DNA of 64,000 nt from Lophium mytilinum (taxonomy: Eukaryota): contig MU004185.1 of assembly GCA_010093605.1 (NCBI GenBank), forward strand, positions 1,881,334 through 1,945,333, written 5' to 3'. The position numbers were made by a program, and so were the translations under genes. Shown here piece by piece: positions 47,927 to 59,706 of the stretch. Every line of letters begins with the position of its first letter. The first letter of the stretch is position 1. A model generated the notes under the pieces. That model saw only the letters and a program-made list of their open reading frames with translations, had not been told where the DNA came from and did no database searches.

Positions 47927-49600
47927 ATGTTGGGCTTCCACAGACGCACGCGGTCGTTGATTCCGGTGAAGGATTTGGGAAAGTATGACAAGGTGGAGCT
48001 GAATGAGGAGGATTACGATACCGAGGAGGAGGAGATGGAGGAGTACGACGTCACCATCGAGGCGGTGCCTGCGAAGAGGAAGCAGAGGCAATTGACGTTG
48101 ATATATGTCATCTTCTTGGCCGAGGCGTGAGTATACCAATTCCTCCAATGAACATAGTATGGACGAATGCTAATGACGATGTGGTATAGTATCATGGCCT
48201 CAAGCCTTCAACCTCAACTCAAGATGCTTATCTCCAATGAGGACTTCTGCGGCAACCTCTCCACCTCCTACCTTCGAAGCATCCTCGACTGCGCCTATGC
48301 CTTCGGTGGCACCGCTGGAATCTTCTGGGGATACCTGGCCGACCGTATTGGACGAAGGCCGGTGGCATTGATGGGACTATTCGCCATGAGCTTCTGCTGT
48401 CTCGGCATAGGCTTTGCTACGGACGTCGTCAGCTGCACGATCTTCCGCTTCGTCGCTGGATTGTCCAGCTCGACTATCGTGGTCACAACGTTGACGATGA
48501 TTGGTGACATTAGTGTCGGACATGCGGAGAGGGCTAGGAACGTGGCGAGGTTGCCATTGATTGCTCTTTGCGGATCAATTGGACCTATCATGCAGGGTAT
48601 GGTCTCAGGAAGCATTGAAGCTTCCGGAGCTATCTGGCAGCAATTCCCGATTCTGAGTAGCCAGATTACCTGCGGGAGTCTGGTCTTCCTCATTGCTGTC
48701 ACCAGCTGCATCATGTTGAACGAGGTAAGCTAGTTCTTACATTCATGCTCGAAGCAAGACTAATCCCATCAGACCCTCCCAATGCAACCAAGCAAGCCTC
48801 TCTCTATCGACATCGACTCCGAAAAAGCCGCCTTCCTCAACCAAGACCTCCCCTCCATCCACATCGTCGATCTCGATACCCCCCGCCCTCTCCCAATCTC
48901 CATCTCTGCTTTCCTTCGCGCGCCTTCCCTCTTGGTTCTCCTCTGCTCTTTCTCACTCCTCTCCCTCCATGCCTCGGTCTTCGACACCCTCCTCCCACAT
49001 CTCGGCCACAGCAGCACTTCACACGGCGGTCTTGGGATCCCATGCTCATGGCTTGGACTTACAGTCCTACTTGTGCGTGGTATTGCCGGGCTTTGCATTC
49101 TCCGCACCATCCCCGCGGCTGTTGAGAAGATGGGGCTGTTATCGCCCTACCGCGCACTCAGCATGCTCTTCCCAGCGGTGTACATAGTCACGCCGTTGTT
49201 GGCGGTCATTGTCGCCTTCTCGCCATCCCTCACCGCGATCGTTTCTACTGCTGCTATCCTCATCAAACACGCTCTCTCCGGTTCCGCCACTGTCCTCGTA
49301 GCACTACTCATTCTCAACACAACGCCTGACTCCTTCTCAACTGGAACCGTCGTCGGGCTTATGCAAGTTGCCAATCTCTTCAAGGCACTCGCTGTGGCAG
49401 TCAGCGGGGCCAGCTTCTATCTCAGCAGTGACTACAGCGTCGCCACGACAAATTACGCGCTATGGGCCGTCTTGATCGCGTTCGGAGCTGTCGGCGCGGC
49501 GCTCGCTTGGTTCGTGAGGGAACGTCCGAGTGTTGAGAGAGATTTCCCGGCTGAGGTGCTCTGCTGGGAGACATGCTTTGACGCGGACGGAGAGCTATGA
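47927..49600 (+). CDS. MFS transporter; exons 47927-48126, 48190-48724, 48773-49600
   Basis: MFS motif A WGYLADRIGRRPV, FRFVAG, LNE|TLP; about 12 hydrophobic segments; GT-AG introns with CTAAT branch sites. Confidence 0.85.
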
Positions 49601-50504
49601 GACTGCTCGAACCTGAAGATGGACTCTCTGCACATACTAACTACCATGCTCACTGAGCGTTTTCCCCTCTCTGTCAGAGGGGATGAGAGAAGATGGTGGA
49701 AGAAGTAGCCAGGTGGTGGTTTTCTAAGGAATGACAGCATTTACGACTTCTAGGGGCGAGGATTGGGGTTGATGACTGCTCATGTCTTTTATCTACTTAG
49801 TTCTCCTGTTTCGTATAGTGCTATGTTATTTGCTTTGTTTACATTGACTTCCCTAGTCGTTTGCGTGCTTTGATGAGTGCTGTCTACGTACAGATTGAAG
49901 GCGTCTGATCTCGCTGACTCTCGAGATGTGCCCAACTGGGCTACCCCGCAAGATGGGAGGGCGGTGAAGGGATGCTGTTTATCACGTGCTTCAAGGCCCA
50001 TGGTTACCAAGGGTCCAGCAGTCGTTAGCATAGCGTGTTTCAGACTTAGTGAAGCTTAGTGGGCGGGGACGCAGCAACTGTCGTGTTGTTGTCTTGACGC
50101 CCTGTGTATTTTCTTGTAGTAATGCCACATGCTTCGGAGATCAGTTTGAATAGAGTGAATGCTTCCCAGGGGACTGTTCACGATGCTGTTTCGGGGCGGG
50201 GCTTCGGGCAAAACACCACCGGCAGCGTTCCCCCTGCATGACGCGCAGCAACACGTCCCTGACTTGCCGTTCACGCTCTTGACAGGACCAGCCTGCATTT
50301 CGCCTACCTCGTTTCAAGTTTCACGACAGGGACTGTTTACTTTCTCTCCTGTGCGCCCTCCTGTCCGCACCCTCCAACAACAACATTTCTCACTCCCCCC
50401 AGAATTCCACATCACCATAGTACACCGCCAGCTTCATCACAGCAGCTTTTGATACGATATTTGCCTTCGTTAGCGACGACAGAGACACCCAGCGCGACGC
50501 CACC

Positions 50505-52444
50505 ATGACGCTCAGCGCGAGATATCAGCGCTTCCTGGCCAGTCCCTCCGCCGGTGCGCTCGCCGACAGCGCTGCGATACACTACATCACCACCCTCGTC
50601 ACTGTTAACGATGCCGCCGGCATAGTGAAGCACCTCAGCGCGCAGGACAAGCAGCTCAAGAAGAAGGGCGAGAAGGTGCTGAGCTCGATTGAGAGCAGCA
50701 ACGGCCTCTGTGTCGACGTGGAGACGACCATCGAATTCATCTCTGGCGGCGGCGCATATCTGCCGGGTCTTGACGACAACTTCCTTTCTGACAGGCTTGT
50801 GACGTTCCCAGTGGTATGTGTGTTTGTTTTGGCGTTGGCTGTGGCGGCCGTCAAATCTATTTATTCTCCCCCGCACACTCGCTAACTTGTTCCTCTCTCT
50901 AGGTCCACATCGTGCAGTTCGACGCCCAGAGGCAGATCGAGCAGATCCGCCTCTATTGGGACCAGGGCTCGCTCCTCAAGCAGATCGATGTCATCGGCGC
51001 CCGCGCCCGCAACTGGCCCATCCGTGATGGAAAAGATCAGACGCGTCTGATCGCTTTGAGCGCCGCGGCCGCTGGCTCTCCTCCTCCTTCTGCGGCATCT
51101 TCCCGCCGCTCGACAGCTTCGAAAGGCTCGGGCTTAGTGGAGACTAGCGGTAACATTAGAGCGGGTTCCCGTGAAGGCAGGAGCAGGAGCTCCGTCAGCG
51201 CGACTGGTGATCCTCATGCGAGTTTGTCGCTGTTCCAGCCCCGCGACGTCAATGCACAGACCGAGTCCTACAACAAGCCCAATGCGCCGCGCGCGACATC
51301 TGCGAAGCCCCCTCCCCGCGAATGGTCGGAGCTATTCGCAGGCGAGGAGAATGCTGCTCCGTCTCCAGCACAATCCGCCGCCTACTCGTCACCCCGCAAG
51401 AACGGCATTCCCGCCAAAGCTGGCGCCGGCAAGAACTTCAAGCCCAGCCGTCTGTTTGAGGAAGACGAGGATGCAGCGCACACTCCCATCAAGGAGAGGG
51501 GTATCAAGACCAACAAGCAGAAGTATAACCACTTCAACATTGGCGATCCCGAGGACGACACGCCCAAGGCAGCAGTGAAGACCAGCCCCGTTGGAAAGTC
51601 CAAGCACCAGAGCCAGTGGGATTTCGAAGACTTTGTTACGCCGGAGAAGGTCAAGGAGAAGATTCCCGCCCAGGCGGTGCGCCACTTTGGATGGAGTGAC
51701 GATGAGGTCGGTTTATTTGTTATTCTCGAGGTTGCTTTGTTACTCCTATCCTTCAAAACACACCTGGCTAACCTTTCCTTCTGATCACAGGACGTAGAAT
51801 CCCCCGTCAAGCGCCCCATCGTCCACAAAGCCCGTCCCATGGACCCCCACTTCCAATTCGACGACACCAACACTCCCGCCGCCGACAAGAAGAAGCACGT
51901 CTCCGGCAAGGGCACGCTACAGAACGCGGGTATGGGCCTCTACCGTGACCACGTCGTGCACCAGGCCGAAGACGATGGCTTCGAGGACGACGACATGCCC
52001 GTCTCCCGCGGTGACAACAAGCGCTCGCTCGGCGACGTGACGCACACTATCAACAACGAGATCCGCAAGAAGGACTTTGGCCCGCAGTGGGAGATGCGCG
52101 ATGACTCGCCGATCGCTGCGAAGGTCGCTCCAGCTGGCGAGAACGGAAAAGGCCTCGCGGAGAGGAAGGCGCCGATCGAGCGCCACCAGACCGAGGACCG
52201 CAAAGCGCAGATCAAGGGCCTGGAGTCGCACTGGGGTCTGTACGAGGACAGCCCGGAGCAGGCGAAGAAGGAGAACATCAAGTTCAGCAAGGAGCGCGGC
52301 ATCAAGAGCACCGGCGACGGCATGGGTGGCCGCAAGGACGCCGGACGGCAGTGGGGGATTGGCAACGAGGGCGACGATTACGAAGCGGTGAGGCCGAAGG
52401 GCGGGAAGAAGGAGGAGGAGAGCAAGGGCTTCTGGGACTTTTGA
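50505..52444 (+). CDS. Conserved fungal protein with N-terminal NTF2-like domain and low-complexity tail; introns 50814-50902 and 51707-51790
   Basis: ETTIEFISGGGAYLPGLDDNFL.DR.VTFPV|VHIVQFD..IEQIRLYWDQGSLLKQIDVIG...RNWPIRDG; tail SQWDFEDFVTP, GDGMGGRK, FWDF; strong C-ending codon bias. Confidence 0.85.
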
Positions 52445-53195
52445 GTAAGTGAAAGGAGGCGAGGTGTAAGAGGGTGAGGGTGTATGGTCAAGGGGTAACG
52501 ATGTTCACGGATGAGTCCATGGGTTCTATGATACGGACGGCTGTGGATGCCTCTCCTTTCTCTCTTTTCCTTTCTTTTGGCCAAGAGTTCTTCTTGTTCG
52601 GTAGTCGACGATGTTGACTCTCTTTTGTATACTTTCTTCCCTTCTGGCTATTTCTTCGCTCTCTGAGCGAGTGATTGGGGGAAAAGGGGTGGTTTGGGGC
52701 GAGACGGCTGGCGCTACGCTACGCTATGACTTCGACGACTGCACTACAAGCGAGGAATACCAAATTCTGGGAAAATTGTGGGCGAGATGTCTTGGTCTCA
52801 TTCTTCTTTTGGAAGGACTTGCTGTTGGAAGGGGGTGGCCACTCTGACGGCTTTCTTTCGTGTCTTGAGAACGATCCTTTTCGTGTATATCTCTTGAAGT
52901 CACTCAGATTGTCAGACTCTACCTTTCTGTCTCTTTTCTGTGAGAAGTGTGATTGCTTGCCCCCAATTTCCCGGAGACTACCGCTTCTCTAGCATCCAAT
53001 GCTCACCGCTTCGTGGTCGATGCCCTTCCTCACGTGGCCATGAATTAGTCCACGTGCCGCTCACGTAATCCCCTGAGATTTCTCTCGCCCGGAGGTATAT
53101 AACGTCGTCCCCCCACTGCTCTTCTGCGTTCTTCAGAGGTCGGACCGGGCAGTGATCAACATGTCTCGGCTTGAACACGCATGGACACTTGGACC

Positions 53196-53640
53196 TGCCC
53201 GGTCCTGGGTTGAGGGACGGGGAGGGGATCAAAAGACAATGAAGATATGGTGCATGGTTGGGGTGGTACTGTGTGGTGGACCAAAATCATTGCCGATACG
53301 ATCGATCAATGGAGAGGGAGGAGTGGGGGATTAACACCTTGGTTACCCTATCCTGATGGTCCGGGAGGGAAGTGTGCGGTGCAGAATCTGTGGGAGGAGA
53401 TGGCGATGGGTGGACAAAACTGCTTCGATGACTGGGCTCCATGGTGGGGAGGGCGTGGGGGATCAACATCAGCTGGCAACCTTCGCGATGGCTTGGAGGG
53501 GAGGAGTGGTGGATCAAAACGAACAGATGGATCTGACCATGGCTTGGAGGAGGGTGGGGATCAAAAAACCAACATCGCAGATCTGATGGTTGGAGGTGTC
53601 GGGGGATGGAAAAACATCGTACCCAGCTTTAGCATGGCTG
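53196..53640. repeat. Degenerate G-rich tandem repeat, about 9 units of 41-55 bp
   Basis: Recurring ATGG..GGAGG..GGGGATCAAAA core, e.g. ATGGCTTGGAGG at 53488 and 53539 and GGATCAAAA at about 53227, 53511 and 53558, with variable spacers. Confidence 0.65.
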
Positions 53641-56588
53641 AGAAGATTGGAAGAGGAAGAGGTGGTTGGTGCTTCTTCGCGGTGGTGCTCGCCATCCCCA
53701 CGACTGCTACGTTCTCGTTATCGCTGGTTGGAGAGGGCGCTCTTCATCATGTCCGAAATTTGAGGGGCAGCACAACATGGAAATGAATAGCAGTTAAGGG
53801 AGGTAGAGAGGGATAACAAAAGAAGCAGGTGGAGATGGGGAGCATTGATGAGGTACCTATGTGTGCTCCTCTCCATAAGCTGAGTCTTGTATTGATTTTG
53901 ATGTCCAACCTGCATGTCCCTGAAGAAAGAAGACTACTTACAGCGCGAGATAGGATATTTATACCTCACCCGAGGGGGAGACACGTAGGTAGCACATGAT
54001 CAGCGTAGTCATAGCATTAGGAGAGGCGTCAAGCGTGACTTCATTACGTTGCTCGCGTTTACTCTGTTCTCCAAGCCTCGAGCACGGCTAGTGCTTAGGT
54101 ATGCCGTCGATTCTCCTTCCTTCTTCCACTTCTTCCAACAATTCGCGTTTATCTTGAAACTACCTCCTCCTAGCCGACCCAAGGCACTCATACCGCTCCT
54201 GAAGTAGTATAGCCACGTTATTACGCTCTTTAGTATGGAGTGGGGAACCGTGGTGTCTGTCTTCCTTACACCTCTCGTCTACTCTTACCCTTGCGGGGTG
54301 ATGAAGACTCCTTATAGTTCTTGCTGCTAGGAGTAGCAGGATAGTGGTTCCGATGCACGCGTAGGTAGAATGGCCGTCAAAAAGATTTTTCGCGGAGCGG
54401 GTAGTACCAAGAGCAACTCGTTCCAACTATGCCTCGCTTGAGTGCGCTTACGTACCTTGTTATCGCCAAACACCGTCTCGTTAGCCGAACAGAGAAAGGT
54501 GGACAAAGCGGAAAGCAGTGTAACTGTGTGACTTATCACGTGCACTGCCCCTCGGCTGGGTATAAAATCTCTGGCCGCTCGAGGAAGAGAAGATTTGTTC
54601 TCTATGGCGAATGATGGAGAAGGGGGAGCGATCAAAAACTGCCGTCAAAGCAAATCCATGTCTGGAGGGGTGGGATTTGGATCGGTTAGCAAAATCCGCG
54701 ATGGCTACCAGCAAATGCGGCTGGTTGGTGTGGTTGGAGTTTGGTCGTCCTTGGTTTAATGGCTGAGACTGGAGCATCAAAAACCACAGGAGAGCGAGCC
54801 CAATCATGGGGGTGGGAGAGCGTGTGCCGTTGCAAATTCGGTAATGAACACCACCTTTACAAGCGGGAGACAGTCAGATGCTATCTGGATGAAATGGTTC
54901 ATCTCTTTGTGCAGATACTGCTGATTAGCGAGATCGAACGACGTGAAAGAAATAGAGATGGGGATGGTGGACATCATCATTGATTTGGAGGTAGTAAGGA
55001 AGCCAGCGGGGCCAACTCTCTCCTCTCGATCGAACTTCGCCCAGTCCAGGATTGTTCATCCCACGCTCCCACATGCTCTGGGCAAAACAGTGTATTGACA
55101 CGCCGCTACCGCCGCCACTGGACATCAAGCCACTCTTCCGAGGATTTTGATATCCAGTGCGGAAACCTTTGCAGAACAACTTTCTGAGCTCGAGAAAGAA
55201 GATTTATACTCTACCCCTACCGGAGACACGTGAGATATCACATGTCACACGTGACTGGGACGGCGTGACGTCTGAGGTATGAACGGAAAGATTCGACAGC
55301 GGGATGACGCCGTATGAAGTCCTCTGAACCATCGCAGAGGGACTACGCGGGATGTACATTTCGTAACGTCGTGAACTAGGCCGATATCTGAGCTGTCGTT
55401 ATCAGACCGCTTCGTGCTAACTGAGTTCTTTCAAGGCAAGCAATGAAAGTGATATTTTGATGTGAGTTCTACTTGACCGTGGATTGGAATAGCATTTGAG
55501 CTGCCTTTTTAGATGTTTGACACTCTCTAATCGCCTCCAAGGCAGTATAAAAGTCGAACAGTCAATCAAAAGTTCACCAGGTCGCTATTCAGACAGTAGC
55601 ATAGATTCAACTATAAAGAGGCTGAGAGCCTCCAAAGCGTGTGATTGTATAGTCCTGAAGGCTACGGAGCGGGGAATGCTTTGCAACTGAAGGAGTTGGC
55701 TGTTAAAAGTTGAGCTGAAGGGGTCGCGCATACTTTACGAGGGCGGCGAGCGAAATTTGGAAGGAAAAAGGCATTGGATCTCGAGGCCAAACAGAGCGCT
55801 AGCATCATCTCGTTCATATCATCATTTGTTGTGAAGGGGCAGAAAGCAAGAATCGATTGACGTTAGGGGTGGGGATGCTGACTAAACAGTATACTCCGCC
55901 CGGCGGCTCTAGCAACCTCATCTGGATCGCATCCTTCAAAGTCCAACCTCTGTCGTTTGCAATGACTATTTCTGCCTCTCCAAATTTATGCTAAGTATGT
56001 CTCTACGTATATCCGAAGTTCTCAAATGTTGAACGCATTTGACATCCTTCTAGATAAGCAGATTTGGTAGAATACCTGCAACTGCCACGAACCCTCTCGC
56101 GTCGACCATGGAGTGTACTCATCTCCTTTCCGCACGTTTGTGTACCTATGCTCAATAAAGAGTCGATACAATGACAAAGACCAGCAGGTCGGTCCTAGAC
56201 TATAGTAGAGAGTATAAAGCCCATTGAGGCGGCGAAATGTCTTAGGACGTGGACGCAGATGGCCGGCAATAATTCAACGCGTCACATGGCGATTTAGGAC
56301 GGTTTTCGCTCTGGCAGGAAACAAATATGCCCTAAGGCACATGCGTTCGCCGCTGGCTGCATCTTTGTTTGCTTTCAAAAGTGGCAAATTCCACTATAAT
56401 GCGATGGTGTGTTATGGTATGGATAGTCGTGCATTCGGGGCTCCTGCATAGATGAAGCTCTCGAGAATCCTCTTCAATATCACGCACAAGGCGTGAGTAT
56501 CAATGAGAACTTTAAGTCCCGGGCCGAAGCCCTCGCCGCCAGGAACTCTGGCGACTACGCGTCCCACTTTCGTGGGCCCGATACCCTT

Positions 56589-57767
56589 TCAAGTGCCTTC
56601 CGGCACGAACTCGGTTTGAACGCCGGCTATAGTTATGTCGGCGACCATCTGAAGTATGGTGACTTCCAGTGTGCGGACCCTTTGGTTGACTTCTGCTACA
56701 CGAGCCCTATCCTCCAGGAGTAGATTGTGGAGTCCAATGTTCGCGGTCTCGAGTCGATTGATGGTATTACCGTCGGCAATGGTAACATTTTGCAGGTCAT
56801 CTGCTCTCCTCTTCTGCTCGTTGTACATCTGCTTCAATCTGTCGATTTCTGCATCCTTTTCTGCCTCCTTCTCAGTCAAAGTGGCGGTTCGCCGTCTGGA
56901 TACCTGTGTCATGTGGTCTATCTGCCTCTTCAGCTGACGGTTCGTTGACATGTGGACCCTTCGCTGCTTCCTGAGCCGATTGTTCAAGAGCTCTACCGCG
57001 GTGACGGCTCGGGTCCGGCGCTGCCGGTTAGCACTCTGTTCTCGACCTAGCTCTTTTTCAGAGCTGATCTGGAGACTCTCCAGCGCACTGGTGAGTCCAG
57101 CGCACCTCCTTACTGCATCATCTTCTACCGACTTGACGAGAGTCTTGATGAGTAGTAACGTGTCAGCAAACTTTCGACGTTTGCGTTCCAGTGCAGTATT
57201 TGCAGCTGTCAGAGCAAGGTGGATGCGACTGATGTCAGTGCTAGCATCAACAACCTCGCTGCTATGAGTGGAGGCGCTATCGTCTGCATCCGCATTCAAG
57301 GAATTCGACAAAAACACGCCAGCGCCCGTTTCCGCGTTCACGGAATTCGGCGAAGGATCTGCCACTTGGGATTGCTCCCGGTCGGCATATGCAAGCAAGG
57401 GCCATACAGCCCCTACGCTTGACTTGAAGGAAGCGAGCGAAGACTTGATGTCCTCTAGACTCGTGAGCAATGGGTCGAAACCCGTAATGCTCGATTGGAG
57501 AGCTTCAAGAGCGGACTGAGGACGCCCGCTGCTTGAGTGCAAAGATGCGAAATTCTCACCGTCTACAATACCTTCGCTCTGGAGAACGCGGGTCTCTTGG
57601 GTCGCCTTAGCAAGGCGTTCCCTGAGAGCGTCCAAATTGGTATTTATGAAAGGTGGGAGAACCCCTAGCCGACGAGTGCACTCGTCCTTCAGCTCCTGTT
57701 GCCAGAGGGTAATTGCCTCTTCGACTTTCTCTTCGCTGGCCGAAAGCCGCACGAGTGGTGGCGTCAT
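56589..57767 (-). CDS. Orphan coiled-coil protein (392 aa)
   Basis: Long intronless ATG ORF with heptad-rich, E/K/R/L/A-rich segments; no family recognised. Confidence 0.7.
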   Translation of the reverse strand: MTPPLVRLSASEEKVEEAITLWQQELKDECTRRLGVLPPFINTNLDALRERLAKATQETRVLQSEGIVDGENFASLHSSSGRPQSALEALQSSITGFDPLLTSLEDIKSSLASFKSSVGAVWPLLAYADREQSQVADPSPNSVNAETGAGVFLSNSLNADADDSASTHSSEVVDASTDISRIHLALTAANTALERKRRKFADTLLLIKTLVKSVEDDAVRRCAGLTSALESLQISSEKELGREQSANRQRRTRAVTAVELLNNRLRKQRRVHMSTNRQLKRQIDHMTQVSRRRTATLTEKEAEKDAEIDRLKQMYNEQKRRADDLQNVTIADGNTINRLETANIGLHNLLLEDRARVAEVNQRVRTLEVTILQMVADITIAGVQTEFVPEGT

Positions 57768-58054
57768 CCTGGATGCGCAAAGACAACGACGAGGTGCGTA
57801 ACTGTAAGTACTGACTCTGCTATGGTCTTTGTGGGAATGTGTGGTGGTAGAGGGAGAAGTTGGGTAGGACGTTGGGGCTCGTCTGAACGCGTCGCGCCTT
57901 TCGCTGACTAACCCGTCGTTTTGAATCTTCTTTCGACGTCACAGCGCTCCTTCAAACATTTCTCTACGCATCTCTTCATCCAATTCATACCATCACGTAT
58001 TTCGCTTTGGCATCGAAAACGCGCAGATACCTATCGTCTATAGGGCACACGATA

Positions 58055-59278
58055 ATGCGTAGGATGATGGGATCCTCCGACGGCAACGGGTTGCTGCCTG
58101 AACAGCAACCAACCTTTCGGTCGGGCCTCGCATCGAGCTCGAGCTTCATTGCTCCTGGCACGGCGCTTCGTTCGGACGAGCCGAGCTTCACGGACGTTAT
58201 GGCGACTTTCAATGTCGAGGTGACCCGCCATCGAAAGCAGGCCCACGACAAACTGGATGGCTTCCTGGCTGAGACCGCCGGGAAATACGTGCCACTTGAG
58301 CAGCATGCCGCTTTGCAAAGGCGAGTTGCGCACTTGGAAACCGAGAATGCTTCCTTGGAGACCAAGGTCAAGAAGCTTCAAGACAATTCTCCCGACAAAC
58401 TTTCGGTAGAGGCCAAATTTGAGAAGTTCGAGGAAATCCTCGAGGAGGTTCTCACGAAGTTTCTTGCGGAGAAGACATCGATTGATACTAGGGTCAAGAA
58501 GCTTGAGGGCCGTTTCGAAACGTCGAATACTACAATCGAAGAGCTGCAATCCGAAATCCATGGCCATGATGAGTCTGGCGATCACATCGACGGGATCAAG
58601 GAGCGACTTCGGCAAGCTTCGCGTTGGATCAAGCGATTCGACCGTGACACGGAGGTTCTCCGGGGCGCCGACGATACTTTCGTTCACATCAGTGACTCGT
58701 TGGGTAAGATCGATGGAGTCCGGACCGACCTTGACCGACTGAAAACTTCGGTCAACGGCTTAGACACCAGATTCTCTGACCTGGAACGGCGAGAACGCAA
58801 GCGCGCAGCTCCTGGTGGCAAAAACGCCGAGGAATCTGAGGGGCCACCAACTCCAAAGCGGCCCCGGCTTGAATTTCCTGTGCGTCTGCGGACCACGGAC
58901 ACCGAACTCAAGCCATTCTCTGCCCTTGAGGAGCAAGACCCTGCAACTGCCGAACGCTTGGTTGCCGCGATGGCTGCCCTCGTGACGAGAGACAAGGTCT
59001 TCCGAGGATCTCGCAGCGCCCACACCGATTGGTGCGTCCGCAGTCACGGCAGCGGGAGAGGTCCCGTCTGGGTCGACGATGAGCTGGATGATGAGGGCGA
59101 CCCTATGAGATCCTGCAGTGTGTGCGCAAAGAAGGGCTTGCCGTGCTTGATGATCCGTCCAACGGAGTCGGGCGAGGTAGAGCTCGTCTTGCTTCCATGG
59201 AAGCGACACGCCACCGAGGGCGAGTGGACCAAGCACAGCTACTGGCTGTCTCCTGGGAAGCCTGTACTCACTGTGTAG
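58055..59278 (+). CDS. Orphan coiled-coil protein with basic NLS-like motifs and a C-terminal Cys cluster
   Basis: Intronless ORF, first ATG at 58055; coiled coil, RRERKR and PTPKRPRL, then WCVRSH...CSVCAKKGLPC. Confidence 0.75.
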   Translation: MRRMMGSSDGNGLLPEQQPTFRSGLASSSSFIAPGTALRSDEPSFTDVMATFNVEVTRHRKQAHDKLDGFLAETAGKYVPLEQHAALQRRVAHLETENASLETKVKKLQDNSPDKLSVEAKFEKFEEILEEVLTKFLAEKTSIDTRVKKLEGRFETSNTTIEELQSEIHGHDESGDHIDGIKERLRQASRWIKRFDRDTEVLRGADDTFVHISDSLGKIDGVRTDLDRLKTSVNGLDTRFSDLERRERKRAAPGGKNAEESEGPPTPKRPRLEFPVRLRTTDTELKPFSALEEQDPATAERLVAAMAALVTRDKVFRGSRSAHTDWCVRSHGSGRGPVWVDDELDDEGDPMRSCSVCAKKGLPCLMIRPTESGEVELVLLPWKRHATEGEWTKHSYWLSPGKPVLTV

Positions 59279-59432
59279 CCCAATCCCTTCGTCGCTCTAT
59301 TCGTCTATACTGTCGAGACATGCGCCAGCACCTCCCCCTCCTTCCCATCTTCCATTGCACCGCAAGGTGCTTTGGCTTTGTACCGCGCCGAATGGCGCTT
59401 TAGCTTTCATGTCTGTTTACGTCCGCCTTTCG

Positions 59433-59706
59433 GCGGATTAGCCTTCTATTGCGCTTCGCGGCGCATTGGCCTCCTATTGTGCTTTGTGGCACATTGGCTT
59501 TCTATTGCGCTTTGTGGCGCATTGGCCTCCTATTGTGCTTTGTGGCACATTGGCCTCTTATTGTGCTTTGTGGCACATTGGCTTTCTATTGCGCTTTGTG
59601 GCGCATTGGCCTCCTATTGTGCTTTGTGGCACATTGGCCTCTTATTATGCTTTGTGGCACATTGGCCTTCTATTGCGCTTTGTGGCGCATTGGCCCTCTA
59701 TTGCGT
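59433..59706. repeat. 28-bp minisatellite, about 10 units (GCRCATTGGCYTYYTATTGYGCTTTGTG)
   Basis: Units start at 59433 (diverged), 59461, 59489, 59517, 59545, 59573, 59601, 59629, 59657 and 59685 (partial). Confidence 0.95.

Noticed and set aside
35648..49600. Secondary-metabolite cluster (MFS pumps, Zn2Cys6 factor, carrier)
   Set aside because: No PKS, NRPS, terpene synthase or tailoring enzymes are present; the factor looks like the general regulator TamA/Dal81
53196..53786. CRISPR-like array, or a 179-aa Gly/Trp-rich protein
   Set aside because: The repeats are too degenerate, the genome is eukaryotic and has no cas genes here; the ORF reflects the G-rich repeat
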